Positions 28,343-37,399 of a stretch of DNA of 64,000 nucleotides are shown one piece after another (within the stretch, counting starts at the first letter, position 1; each line of letters starts with the position of its first letter). The notes beneath the pieces are model-generated. The model ran no database searches, was not told the origin of the DNA, and saw only the letters and a program-made list of their open reading frames with translations. The translations under genes were made by a program, and so were the position numbers. Source of the DNA: an uncultured Devosia sp. (lineage in GTDB: Bacteria > Pseudomonadota > Alphaproteobacteria > Rhizobiales > Hyphomicrobiaceae); assembly GCA_964498125.1 (NCBI GenBank), contig CAZCGE010000134.1, positions 88,724 through 152,723 on the forward strand. The letters are read 5' to 3'.

Positions 28343-29032
28343 TCACCACAGAATGCCGTTGAGCATGACAAAGCACTTGCCAGGGTGCTCCGAACAGCCG
28401 CGCGACAGGCCGAGCCGTACGTGCATCGCGCCGCGCACGGGCAGTATCTCCCGCACGGCGGCGATGCCGCCGTCGCGGTAGGCGGTGCGCAGCGCCCGGC
28501 TGACCACCGGCAGATCGTAGCGTGCATCGCCGTCGTCCAGAATGGCTCTGAGCCGCTTGTCGCCGTTCCTGTGCGTCACCTCGAACACGTCGACGGCGGA
28601 CCAGGGCAGCCTGAGCGCGGCCAGCGAGCGCGTCGGCGAGCCCTCCGGCACATGGGCGCACCGCCGCGTGCCCTGTTTCACGAATGCGTGCAGCACAAGT
28701 CCATCGAATGCGCGCATCACGTTGTCCGCCACTTCCGGCGCGCCTTCACCCTGCCACGCCGGCCGCGGACCAGGCAGAGTGGCGATGTCGTCCGGCAGCA
28801 CCGACGTGTCCTCCCGCGCATGCGGCAGGCTGGCGTGAGCGGACCGCGCCGCAGGCGTGAACCGCAATCGCCGGCCTTGCGCGATGCCGCGATCACGTAC
28901 CAGCCCGGCCGACCATCGGCCCTCCGCCAGCACCGGACGCACCATGCGCCGATGACTGACATCCCAGCCGGCCAGGCAATAGGCTTCGCCATGCATTTCC
29001 GTAACGTCGGTCAGCAGGATCTCGATACTCAT
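28343..29032 (-). CDS. Hypothetical protein, first gene of the DUF488 operon
   Basis: The ATG at 29032 gives a 229 aa product (MSIEILLTDVTEMHGEAYCLAGWDVS...). It ends 16 bp before the DUF488 gene on the same strand. Confidence 0.5.
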   Translation of the reverse strand: MSIEILLTDVTEMHGEAYCLAGWDVSHRRMVRPVLAEGRWSAGLVRDRGIAQGRRLRFTPAARSAHASLPHAREDTSVLPDDIATLPGPRPAWQGEGAPEVADNVMRAFDGLVLHAFVKQGTRRCAHVPEGSPTRSLAALRLPWSAVDVFEVTHRNGDKRLRAILDDGDARYDLPVVSRALRTAYRDGGIAAVREILPVRGAMHVRLGLSRGCSEHPGKCFVMLNGILW

Positions 29033-29212
29033 GAGACACCCATCGAACGCAATGCTCGTGACGGGTCGTGCTTGTGGCTTGAGGATGCCGCAAGCCCTGG
29101 AACAAATCAAGAACTATTTTGCGCGAGCGACCGCGGCGGCGGCCTTGTGCGACCCGGAGACTGGGCCGTGCGGCGAGCTTGGCAACCCAAGCGGCCGGCA
29201 GCCTCGGCAGCG

Positions 29213-30352
29213 CTAGCTTCCCTTGCCCTCGAAGAAACTGGCCACTTTGGCAAAGAACCCCGCACTTTCGGGGCTGGTATCCTTGTGGCTGTCCTTCTCG
29301 AACTGCTCGAGCAGCTCGCGCTGGCGCTTGGTCAGGTTCTTGGGTGTCTCGACATCGACCTGGATGTACATGTCGCCGGCCGTTTTCGAACGCAGCACCG
29401 GCATCCCCTTGCCCTTGAGGCGGAACTGCTTGCCCGTCTCGGTGCCCTCGGCGATCTTGACGCGCGTCATGCCGCCTTCGACGATCGGCACATCGACATG
29501 ACCGCCGAGCGCCGCAGTCGTCATCGAGATCGGCACACGGCAGAAAATATCAGCGCCGTCGCGCTGGAAAAACTCGTGCGGCTTGATCGACAGGAAGATG
29601 TAGAGATCGCCGGTCGGCCCGCCGCGCAGGCCGGCTTCGCCTTCGTTGGCGAGCCTGATGCGGGTGCCGTCCTCGACGCCGGCCGGTATGTTCACCGAAA
29701 GCGTCCGCTCCTTGGTGACGCGGCCGGAGCCGGCGCAGGGTGTGCAGGGGTCCTCGATGACCTGGCCGCGGCCCTGACACGTGGGGCAGGTACGCTCGAT
29801 GGTGAAGAAGCCCTGTGATGCGCGCACCTTGCCCTGACCCGAGCACATCGAGCAGGTTGCTGGCCGCGTGCCTGGCTTGGCGCCGCTGCCCGAGCAGGTC
29901 TCGCAGGCGACGCTGGTCGGCACGCGGATCTGTGCTGTCTTGCCGCTGAATGCCTCCTTGAGCGTGATCTCCATGTTGTAGCGCAGATCGGCGCCACGCT
30001 CGCGGCCCCCCCCACGGGTGCGCCGGCCGCCCATGAACTCGCCGAACAGGTCATCGAAAATGTCCGACATGGAGCTGGCGAAGTCGGGACCAAAGCCGCC
30101 GGCACCGCCCCTGACACCCGCGCCGCCCGCGAACGCGGCATGCCCGAATTGATCATAGGCCGCCCGCTTCTGTGGGTCCTTCAGAACCTCATAAGCTTCG
30201 CCAAGCTCCTGGAAGCGCTGCTGGGCTTTGGCGTCGCCCGGATTGCGGTCGGGGTGCACGTCCTTGGCCAGCTTGCGGAAAGCCGACTTCAGATCCTGCT
30301 CGTTGGAGCCGCGGGCAACCCCCAGCACTTCGTAATAGTCGCGCTTTGCCAT
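29213..30352 (-). CDS. dnaJ: Molecular chaperone DnaJ
   Basis: J-domain ([12 protein letters not shown]...HPDRNP), a G/F region, and four CxxCxGxG zinc-finger repeats. The ATG at 30352 is preferred over the one at 30442. Confidence 0.95.
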   Translation of the reverse strand: MAKRDYYEVLGVARGSNEQDLKSAFRKLAKDVHPDRNPGDAKAQQRFQELGEAYEVLKDPQKRAAYDQFGHAAFAGGAGVRGGAGGFGPDFASSMSDIFDDLFGEFMGGRRTRGGGRERGADLRYNMEITLKEAFSGKTAQIRVPTSVACETCSGSGAKPGTRPATCSMCSGQGKVRASQGFFTIERTCPTCQGRGQVIEDPCTPCAGSGRVTKERTLSVNIPAGVEDGTRIRLANEGEAGLRGGPTGDLYIFLSIKPHEFFQRDGADIFCRVPISMTTAALGGHVDVPIVEGGMTRVKIAEGTETGKQFRLKGKGMPVLRSKTAGDMYIQVDVETPKNLTKRQRELLEQFEKDSHKDTSPESAGFFAKVASFFEGKGS

Positions 30353-30511
30353 GTCCCGGCTGTCCGATTCTTCGTCCCCAGGGGGCACCATCAACGCTGA
30401 CACTGAACATGTCGCGTGCCCCGCACAGTCGTTGACCGGCAAGCTTTGCGGCTCATCGGCTCAACCAACGATGCAAGGGCCTGCATGGGCGCACCCGACC
30501 GCAGTGTGTGA

Positions 30512-32437
30512 TCAGGCAGATTTCTTCTTGTCGTCCTTGACTTCCTCGAAGTCGGCGTCAACCACCTTGTCATCGCCCGGTGCCTTGGCGCCCCCGGCGC
30601 CACCGGCTGCCCCGTCATCTGGTCCGTCCGCGCCCTTCTGGGCGTAAATGGCTTCGCCGATCTTCATGCGCGCCTGCACCAGCGTGTTGAGCTTGCCCGT
30701 GATGGCCTCTTTATCGTCACCGGAGAGCACCTCTTTCAGCGCGGCAACGGCGCCTTCGATCGTCGTCTTGTCGGCCGGCGGGATCTTCTCGCCGTGTTCC
30801 TTCAGGTCCTTCTCGGCCTCGTGGATCATGGCCTCACCCTGATTGCGAGCCTCCACCAACTCGCGCTTCACCTTGTCCTCGGCGGCGTGGGCCTCGGCTT
30901 CCTTGACCATCTTCTGGATGTCGGCATCGGAAAGCCCGCCCGATGCCTGGATGCGGATCGACTGCTCCTTCGAGGTCGCTTTGTCCTTGGCTGAAACGTG
31001 GACGATGCCATTGGCGTCGATGTCGAACGTCACTTCGACCTGCGGCACGCCACGCGGGGCCGGCGGGATGCCGACCAGGTCGAACTGGCCGAGCAGCTTG
31101 TTGTCGGCCGCCATCTCGCGCTCGCCCTGGCTGACGCGGATCGTCACCGCGCTCTGGCCATCCTCGGCGGTGGAGAACACCTGGCCTTTCTTGGTCGGGA
31201 TCGTCGTGTTGCGATCAATCAGACGGGTGAATACGCCACCCAATGTCTCGATGCCGAGCGACAGCGGCGTCACGTCGAGCAGCAGGACGTCCTTGACCTC
31301 ACCCTTGAGTACGCCACCTTGAATGGCGGCGCCGATCGCCACCACCTCGTCGGGGTTGACGCCTTTATGCGGCTCCTTGCCGAACAGCTCCTTGACCAGC
31401 TGCTGCACCTTGGGCATGCGCGTCATGCCGCCGACCAGCACGACTTCGTCGATATCGGCTGCCTTGAGGCCCGCATCCTTGATGGCCTGCAGGCAAGGCG
31501 CCTTGGTTTTCTCGATCAGATCCTCGACCAGGCTCTCGAGCTTGGCGCGAGAGAGCTTGTTCATCAGGTGCTTGGGCCCGTTCTTGTCGGCGGTAATGAA
31601 GGGCAGGTTGACCTCGGTCTGAGCCGAAGACGACAGCTCGATCTTGGCCTTCTCGGCAGCTTCCTTGAGCCGCTGTAGCGCCAGTTTGTCGGATTTGAGA
31701 TCGATCCCGGTCTCTTTCTTGAACTCGTCGGCGAGGTAATGCACCAGCTTCATGTCGAAATCTTCGCCGCCGAGGAACGTGTCGCCATTGGTCGACTTGA
31801 CCTCGAACACGCCGTCGCCGATTTCGAGAACCGAGATGTCGAACGTGCCGCCGCCAAGGTCATAAACGGCGATGACCTGGGACTGTTTCTTCTTGTCGAG
31901 GCCATAGGCCAGCGCCGCGGCGGTCGGCTCGTTGATGATGCGCAGCACCTCGAGGCCAGCAATACGGCCGGCATCCTTGGTCGCCTGGCGCTGGGCGTCA
32001 TTGAAATAGGCCGGCACCGTGATCACGGCTTGGGTCACGGTCTGGCCAAGATGGGCTTCGGCCGTCTCCTTCATCTTCTGCAAGATGAAGGCAGAGATTT
32101 GCTGCGGGGAATACTGCTTGCCACCTGCCTCGACCCAGGCATCGCCGTTCGCCCCCTTGACGATCGAGTACGGCACCATCTTCTTGTCCTTCTCCACCAT
32201 CGGGTCGTCGTAGCGGCGACCGATCAGCCGCTTGATGGCGAAGAACGTCTTGGTCGGATTGGTCACTGCCTGGCGCTTGGCCGGCAGACCCACCAGCACC
32301 TCGTCGTCGGTGGCAGCTACAATCGAGGGCGTCGTATTCATGCCCTCCGCATTGGGGATGACCTTTGGCACCCCACCTTCCATCACAGAAACGCACGAAT
32401 TGGTCGTGCCGAGATCAATACCAATGACTTTCGACAT
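30512..32437 (-). CDS. dnaK: Molecular chaperone DnaK (Hsp70)
   Basis: The product begins [22 protein letters not shown] and continues ...DLGGGTFD.... Confidence 0.97.
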   Translation of the reverse strand: MSKVIGIDLGTTNSCVSVMEGGVPKVIPNAEGMNTTPSIVAATDDEVLVGLPAKRQAVTNPTKTFFAIKRLIGRRYDDPMVEKDKKMVPYSIVKGANGDAWVEAGGKQYSPQQISAFILQKMKETAEAHLGQTVTQAVITVPAYFNDAQRQATKDAGRIAGLEVLRIINEPTAAALAYGLDKKKQSQVIAVYDLGGGTFDISVLEIGDGVFEVKSTNGDTFLGGEDFDMKLVHYLADEFKKETGIDLKSDKLALQRLKEAAEKAKIELSSSAQTEVNLPFITADKNGPKHLMNKLSRAKLESLVEDLIEKTKAPCLQAIKDAGLKAADIDEVVLVGGMTRMPKVQQLVKELFGKEPHKGVNPDEVVAIGAAIQGGVLKGEVKDVLLLDVTPLSLGIETLGGVFTRLIDRNTTIPTKKGQVFSTAEDGQSAVTIRVSQGEREMAADNKLLGQFDLVGIPPAPRGVPQVEVTFDIDANGIVHVSAKDKATSKEQSIRIQASGGLSDADIQKMVKEAEAHAAEDKVKRELVEARNQGEAMIHEAEKDLKEHGEKIPPADKTTIEGAVAALKEVLSGDDKEAITGKLNTLVQARMKIGEAIYAQKGADGPDDGAAGGAGGAKAPGDDKVVDADFEEVKDDKKKSA

Positions 32438-32562
32438 GTTCGCTTCGATCCTCTTCTTTTGCGGCGGACCGTCAGGACCCGCGGAGCGGCATCCTGCTTC
32501 CTTGATGTCTCTAACGAGATACGAGGAGCCCGGTCCCCAGAGTTGGCCGGCTGGTTCCGGCG

Positions 32563-32593
32563 ATATATAGGGGCCGCCCCGCCGTGGTGCAAC
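32563..32593 (-). promoter_or_regulatory. Candidate sigma-32 (RpoH) heat-shock promoter for dnaK
   Basis: The minus strand reads gTTGcAc-N13-CCCCTATATAT, resembling CTTGAAA-N13-15-CCCCATNT. It lies ~115 nt upstream of the dnaK ATG. Confidence 0.35.
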
Positions 32594-32755
32594 GGGCCTG
32601 CTTCACGCACCTGTGATCAATTCTCCTCACCCCGTGTTTCAGGACCGGGGGGCCGAGCCGGCAACCGCCGTCGATACATGACACCTGCCGTTGGAATTGA
32701 CCATGGCACGTGCAGCTGCGAGGCTGCCAGATCGAGAGATCATCCTGGCCTCGAT

Positions 32756-33379
32756 ATGGACGCAACGGCTGTGCTGCCCGAAGGGTTTCGCCAGTATCCT
32801 GGCTACTTCGACAGGGCCTCGCAAGCGGCGCTGCTCGGCGCGATTCGCGATGTGCTGGCTGCCGCACCCCTGTTCGTCCCGCGCATGCCGCGGTCCGGCA
32901 AGCCCATGTCCGTGCGCATGTGCAATTGTGGGCCCCTGGGCTGGGTCACCGACCAGAGCGGCGGTTACCGCTACCAGTCGACGCACCCCGAGACGGCGCA
33001 ACCTTGGCCACCCATGCCGGCGATGCTGCTGGAGCTGTGGCGGGACGTGGCCAGCGGCTTCCCGCCACCCCAGGCTTGCTTGATCAACTATTACGCCGGC
33101 GCCGCCCGCATGGGCAGCCACGTTGACGCCGACGAGGCGGACACGACCGCTCCCGTCGTCTCAGTCTCGCTCGGCGACGATGCTGTCTTTCACGTCGGAG
33201 GCCCGAAACGGGGCGACCCCAAGGCGCGCCTGACGCTGAGGTCCGGCGACGTCGCGGTGCTGGGGGGCGCCAGCCGGCGCGCCTACCACGGCATCGACCG
33301 GATCGTGCCTGGAACCAGCGATTTGCTCGCCGAGGGGGGCCGCATCAACCTGACCCTGCGGCGGGTGACGCTGGGGTAG
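32756..33379 (+). CDS. alkB: Alpha-ketoglutarate-dependent dioxygenase AlkB (alkylated DNA repair)
   Basis: A 2OG-Fe(II) oxygenase fold with ...LINYYAGAARMGSHVDADE...RINLTLRRV. The ATG at 32756 was chosen. The 546 aa six-frame ORF is antisense-dnaK read-through. Confidence 0.85.
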   Translation: MDATAVLPEGFRQYPGYFDRASQAALLGAIRDVLAAAPLFVPRMPRSGKPMSVRMCNCGPLGWVTDQSGGYRYQSTHPETAQPWPPMPAMLLELWRDVASGFPPPQACLINYYAGAARMGSHVDADEADTTAPVVSVSLGDDAVFHVGGPKRGDPKARLTLRSGDVAVLGGASRRAYHGIDRIVPGTSDLLAEGGRINLTLRRVTLG

Positions 33380-33640
33380 GATTTCCAATCCAATTTTTTG
33401 AAGAGCAGCGCTGGTACCACATCGGCCCGGCTTCGCATATGCCGAACTCCGCGGGGAGAGATTGGACGCTCGCGGAACCAGGGACGGTGGCTTACCTTGC
33501 ACCCTCGCTGAACGAAACGTGCGGCCGAGGCGGCTGCCTCATTGATCTATAACAATACAATAATTCATTGAGTTGTTAGTATTTGTTAATCTATTTATAC
33601 AGAATAACCCTCTAGAGATCTGATTCTTTGAGAGGCTCCC

Positions 33641-35470
33641 ATGCTTTACGTGGTCCTGGGTTTTCTTGCCTTCGTGGCTGGCCTGCTGTCGGTGCTGCGG
33701 GCGCGCGGCGGGACCACGACGCTACCGGTCCCGGTCGGCACGGGACGAATCGGCGGCAATTTGCCTGCGCTGCTCGGCTGGATGCTGCAAAGCCGGCTCG
33801 GTGGCGTCCTGTTGATGCTGGCCGGTCTGATGATGCTGGCCTCGACGTCATTCGTGCAGATCAAGGCCAACAGTGTCGGCCATCTGAAGCGGATCTACGC
33901 CATGCAGGAGCTGCCGCCCGGCCGCATCGTCGCGCTGGCCGGCCAGAAGGGGCCGCAAGCCCGCATTCTTGGCCCCGGTTTCCATATGATCCCGCTGGTG
34001 CAGGTGCTCTATACCGTCGAGGAGCTGCCCGTCATCCAGGTCCCCGAGGGCTCCTATGGCGAAATCGTCGCCATCGACGGCCGGCCGATGCCCGACGGCA
34101 TGTATATAGCGCCACAAATCCCCGATGACCGTGTCGCCGGCATGCTCGAGGCCGAGACGTTCCTGACACAGGGGGGGCATCGCGGTCCGCAGGAGACGGT
34201 GCTCAAGCCCGGCGACTACCGCCTCAACCGTTATCTGTTCAACGTTCGCATCGGTGAAAACACCAAAGCGACGATCATCCCGGCGGGCCACGTCGGCGTG
34301 GTCAAGAGCAACGTCTCCAAGCCGGGCACGCAGTGTGTCGAGCAGGAGGTCAAGGCCACCGACGCAATCGAGGGCGCGCTGTCCGTGCCGCTGGTGCCGA
34401 TCGGCTGTGTCGGCATCTGGAAGGATCCGCTGTTTCCCGGCGCCTATTATCTCAACCGCAAGGCCTACGAAATCACGCTGGTCGATACCCGCGTCAAGAC
34501 CTGGGAATATAAGGGCGGCTACACCAAGCGCCTCATCGATCTGTCGGTCGACCAGCAGGGCAACATCCGCCAGACCGAACGCAGCGAAGTGCAGCCGGTG
34601 CTGCCGGACGCAGCCGACCGCGCGGTGTTCGTCAAGGTCGAGGGCTGGGATATCCCGCAGGAGCTGCGCGTTCTCGTGCAGGTGTCGCCGCGCAACGCCC
34701 CGATCGTGGTCGGCGCCGTCGGTGGTCTCACCGAGATCGAGGACCGCATCCTGACGCCCGCCATCCGCTCGATCGTGCGCAACGTCGCGGGCTCGGAGAT
34801 CGAGCTGCCCGATCCTGCCAATCCCTCCCGCCGTATCCGCCGCAAGACGCAGGTGCTCGACCTGATCGAGAACCGCGAGTCGCTTGAACAAACCATCGAG
34901 ACCCTGGTCAAGCGCGAGGGCCGCAAGGCCGGCGTCGATGTGCAGGAAATCCGCCTCGGCGAGCCATCCCTGCCGCCGGAGCTTCTGGTCTCGCGCCTGC
35001 GCGAGCAGCTCGCCGACCAGCTGTCGAAGGCCTACGAGCGCGAGACGGCGGCGCAGGCCAAGCGCATCGAGACCGAGCAGGCGCGCGCCACCGCCAACCA
35101 GCAACCCAAGCTGGTGGAATCCCAGATCGCGGTGCAGATGGCCATGCAGCGCGAGTCCGAGCGCGCCGCGTTGGGCCGCGCCGAGCGCGTCTTCCTGGAA
35201 GAGACCGCGCGCGGCCAGCGGGCGCAGGCCGACGTGCTGGGCCAAGACCGGGTCGCGTTGCTTCAGGGATTGGAAAAATTGCTATCGACACTGGAACGGA
35301 AGCCTGAACTCGCCCAGCTCGTCGGTCGCCTCGTGCCGCATACCGTCGTCGGCTCGGGCGGTGGCGATGGCTTCGCAGGCGCCGCCGCGATCCTGTCGGG
35401 CGTGATGGGGCAGCAACAGGCACCGGCTTTGCCGTCGCCCACACCACGCGCCGTACCCGCATCGCGGTGA
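33641..35470 (+). CDS. Flotillin / SPFH (band-7) family membrane protein
   Basis: An N-terminal transmembrane segment, an SPFH domain (ILGPGFHMIPLVQVLYTVEELPVIQVPEG...) and a long EA-rich coiled coil (...RETAAQAKRIETEQARA...). Confidence 0.85.
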   Translation: MLYVVLGFLAFVAGLLSVLRARGGTTTLPVPVGTGRIGGNLPALLGWMLQSRLGGVLLMLAGLMMLASTSFVQIKANSVGHLKRIYAMQELPPGRIVALAGQKGPQARILGPGFHMIPLVQVLYTVEELPVIQVPEGSYGEIVAIDGRPMPDGMYIAPQIPDDRVAGMLEAETFLTQGGHRGPQETVLKPGDYRLNRYLFNVRIGENTKATIIPAGHVGVVKSNVSKPGTQCVEQEVKATDAIEGALSVPLVPIGCVGIWKDPLFPGAYYLNRKAYEITLVDTRVKTWEYKGGYTKRLIDLSVDQQGNIRQTERSEVQPVLPDAADRAVFVKVEGWDIPQELRVLVQVSPRNAPIVVGAVGGLTEIEDRILTPAIRSIVRNVAGSEIELPDPANPSRRIRRKTQVLDLIENRESLEQTIETLVKREGRKAGVDVQEIRLGEPSLPPELLVSRLREQLADQLSKAYERETAAQAKRIETEQARATANQQPKLVESQIAVQMAMQRESERAALGRAERVFLEETARGQRAQADVLGQDRVALLQGLEKLLSTLERKPELAQLVGRLVPHTVVGSGGGDGFAGAAAILSGVMGQQQAPALPSPTPRAVPASR

Positions 35471-35654
35471 GTACGATGTCGGCGGATCGGTCGGGGTCAG
35501 ACGCGTCCCGCCGGAGGCGGGTGCAAGAAAGGAGGGTCAGACCCAGTGTGCGCATGTAGGTTGGGTCAAGCAAGCGCGAAGCGCGGTAGTGTCTCAGTTT
35601 GAAATCTAGCCAGGTTGCCAGGGGTGTCGCCCGCTGCCGCGAAGCACTATATGC

Positions 35655-35876
35655 TTGGCGACAAGCAGCGAGGTTTCCATGCAAGAAAATCGATACCCGA
35701 TTTGGGTTCTTGAGGCCACGAATGGCGCGAGTAAACCATTCGTGGGCGTTGTCCTATCGCCAGATGGCTCGGTCTACTCAAAGTCGTTTGCTCGCAAGGA
35801 GGACGCCCAAGCATTCACCGAAGAAACCGTGCGCGACTTGATGATGGCACCCGGAGAGAGGCGAAAAGATGCCTAA
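35655..35876 (+). CDS. Small hypothetical protein (73 aa), possibly YegP/DUF1508-like
   Basis: The product includes IWVLEATNGASKPFVGVVLSPDGSVYSKSFARKEDAQAF. It lies in a lower-GC islet and overlaps the next small ORF by 8 bp. Confidence 0.35.
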   Translation: MATSSEVSMQENRYPIWVLEATNGASKPFVGVVLSPDGSVYSKSFARKEDAQAFTEETVRDLMMAPGERRKDA

Positions 35877-36117
35877 AGGCCCCAAGGGCGAGAAGCGCCC
35901 CGCCGACGTGATCGGCAACGCCGTCAAGGTGATGAAGATCGCCACCGGCGAGGAGTCCGAGGTGCTGACCGACGACGGCAAGGACGAGGCCGCGCAGTCG
36001 CTCGGAAGGCGAGGTGGGGAAGCCCGTGCCAAGGTGCTAAGCCCAAAGCGCAGGGTTGAGATCGCGCGTAGAGCAGCTAAGTCCCGCTGGAAGACCGAAA
36101 CCGAGAAGGCAGATTAG
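35869..36117 (+). CDS. Small hypothetical basic protein (82 aa)
   Basis: The C-terminus reads GRRGGEARAKVLSPKRRVEIARRAAKSRW. It overlaps the preceding small ORF. Confidence 0.35.
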   Translation: MPKGPKGEKRPADVIGNAVKVMKIATGEESEVLTDDGKDEAAQSLGRRGGEARAKVLSPKRRVEIARRAAKSRWKTETEKAD

Positions 36118-37333
36118 CCTCCTTCTCCGTTTGCCTTCTGATGAAACCGGAAAGCATCGGGACAGCGAATTGGTATCGACCAAATCGGTTCCTGTAGATC
36201 AAGCCCTTGTCTTCGAGACGGCTTAGGTACTGCGCGACGCTGCTGCTGGAGTACTTTTTGTCGAGTACGTCCTTGGAAATGCGGATGATTTCTTGAGCTG
36301 TAAATTCCGCCTCGCAGTTTGGAAGCTGTGCTACGACTTTCAGAAAGACTCGCTGTGGATCAGAGACGAGATCCCAACGCTTAGAGAAGAAGTTCTGATC
36401 CAACTTCTGAAGCACCTGTGCGACAGGGATGACGAGTGGTTCATTTGATATGAGCTTCGCCATATATACATCAAAAGCCTCTCTACAAATATATTGGATG
36501 AAGAACGGGTATCCGCCTGAATGGTTCACGATGGCCTCAACGGACTCTGGCGTGAATTTTACGGGGCATTTTTCCTGCTGAAGGGGTACCGTGATAGCGT
36601 CACGAGATTCCTCCTCGCTGAGTCTGTCCAGCATCAGCGTATGGAACATGCGCTCGGAGTAAGTTCTCGCCTTTGTGAGCCGAGAGAACAGAGTCGGAAG
36701 GCCAGTTAGAACTAGCATGAATGGATATCCCCCCGGATGCTTCTGCACCGACTGGAACACGTCTAAAAGCAGCGAAAGCGGGTACTGATCCTTTTGTGCG
36801 TGGTCAGCCAAGTTTTGTGCCTCGTCGTAGGCAAAAATAATACCCTTGACCCCGGTCGAAGAAATCATTTTGCCAACGTGCCTGAGGACACTTTTGAGCT
36901 TGTCGGCCACAACACCTGGTGTGCCGTCGTAGATCTTTTGAAGATCGGCATACTCAAGCGGGCGCTGTTTCGTCGTCTTTTTACCGATGAATCCTATCGG
37001 CATCTCAACTTGGGTTTTTAGAAAAATAGAGCCAAGTAAAAGGGTGAGATCAGTAATTATGCGGACGACAATGCGTTCCTCGTTCAAGGTAGTTTGTTCG
37101 CTGAACTCATCCCCCGTCCAGAGCCAGCCTGCCTGTTGAGCAATGGGCTTAATGTGCCCAAGGAGCGCCGTTTTACCTACTCCGCGCAATCCCGAAAGAA
37201 TCAGATTCTGGGTGATTATGGGTTGACGGAGGAGCCGTCTAAACTCGTCCTGCTCAAGGGTTCGGCCGGCGAGATACGGAGGCGCGTGCCCAGAGCCAGG
37301 CACGAATGGGTTGGCGAAGAGATCAGGCTGCAT
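36077..37333 (-). CDS. AAA ATPase of the Arch_ATPase (PF01637-like) family with a C-terminal DUF234-type winged helix
   Basis: Walker A is LILSGLRGVGKTALLGHI and Walker B is GIIFAYDEAQNL. The product also contains GGYPFFIQYICREAFD and ends ...KGLIYRNRFGRYQFAVPMLSGFIRRQ. The gene has lower GC than its surroundings. Confidence 0.75.
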   Translation of the reverse strand: MQPDLFANPFVPGSGHAPPYLAGRTLEQDEFRRLLRQPIITQNLILSGLRGVGKTALLGHIKPIAQQAGWLWTGDEFSEQTTLNEERIVVRIITDLTLLLGSIFLKTQVEMPIGFIGKKTTKQRPLEYADLQKIYDGTPGVVADKLKSVLRHVGKMISSTGVKGIIFAYDEAQNLADHAQKDQYPLSLLLDVFQSVQKHPGGYPFMLVLTGLPTLFSRLTKARTYSERMFHTLMLDRLSEEESRDAITVPLQQEKCPVKFTPESVEAIVNHSGGYPFFIQYICREAFDVYMAKLISNEPLVIPVAQVLQKLDQNFFSKRWDLVSDPQRVFLKVVAQLPNCEAEFTAQEIIRISKDVLDKKYSSSSVAQYLSRLEDKGLIYRNRFGRYQFAVPMLSGFIRRQTEKEANLPSRFRSSSGT

Positions 37334-37355
37334 TCTTACGCTCCCTTACGATGTT

Positions 37356-37386
37356 GCGTAAGTTTACGACATGGCGTAAGTTTACG
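37356..37386. promoter_or_regulatory. Two direct copies of the palindromic 13-mer GCGTAAGTTTACG (putative operator) in the ATPase promoter
   Basis: Copies lie at 37356-37368 and 37375-37386, 23-55 bp upstream of the ATPase start codon at 37333. Each contains the inverted half-sites CGTAA/TTACG. Extra TTACG half-sites occur at 37335-37350. Confidence 0.45.
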
Positions 37387-37399
37387 CAAGTGGATATAA

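Noticed and set aside
31739-32755. Upstream part of the 546 aa plus-strand ORF
   Set aside because: Antisense to dnaK. Only the last ~207 codons (alkB) have homology and an appropriate start.
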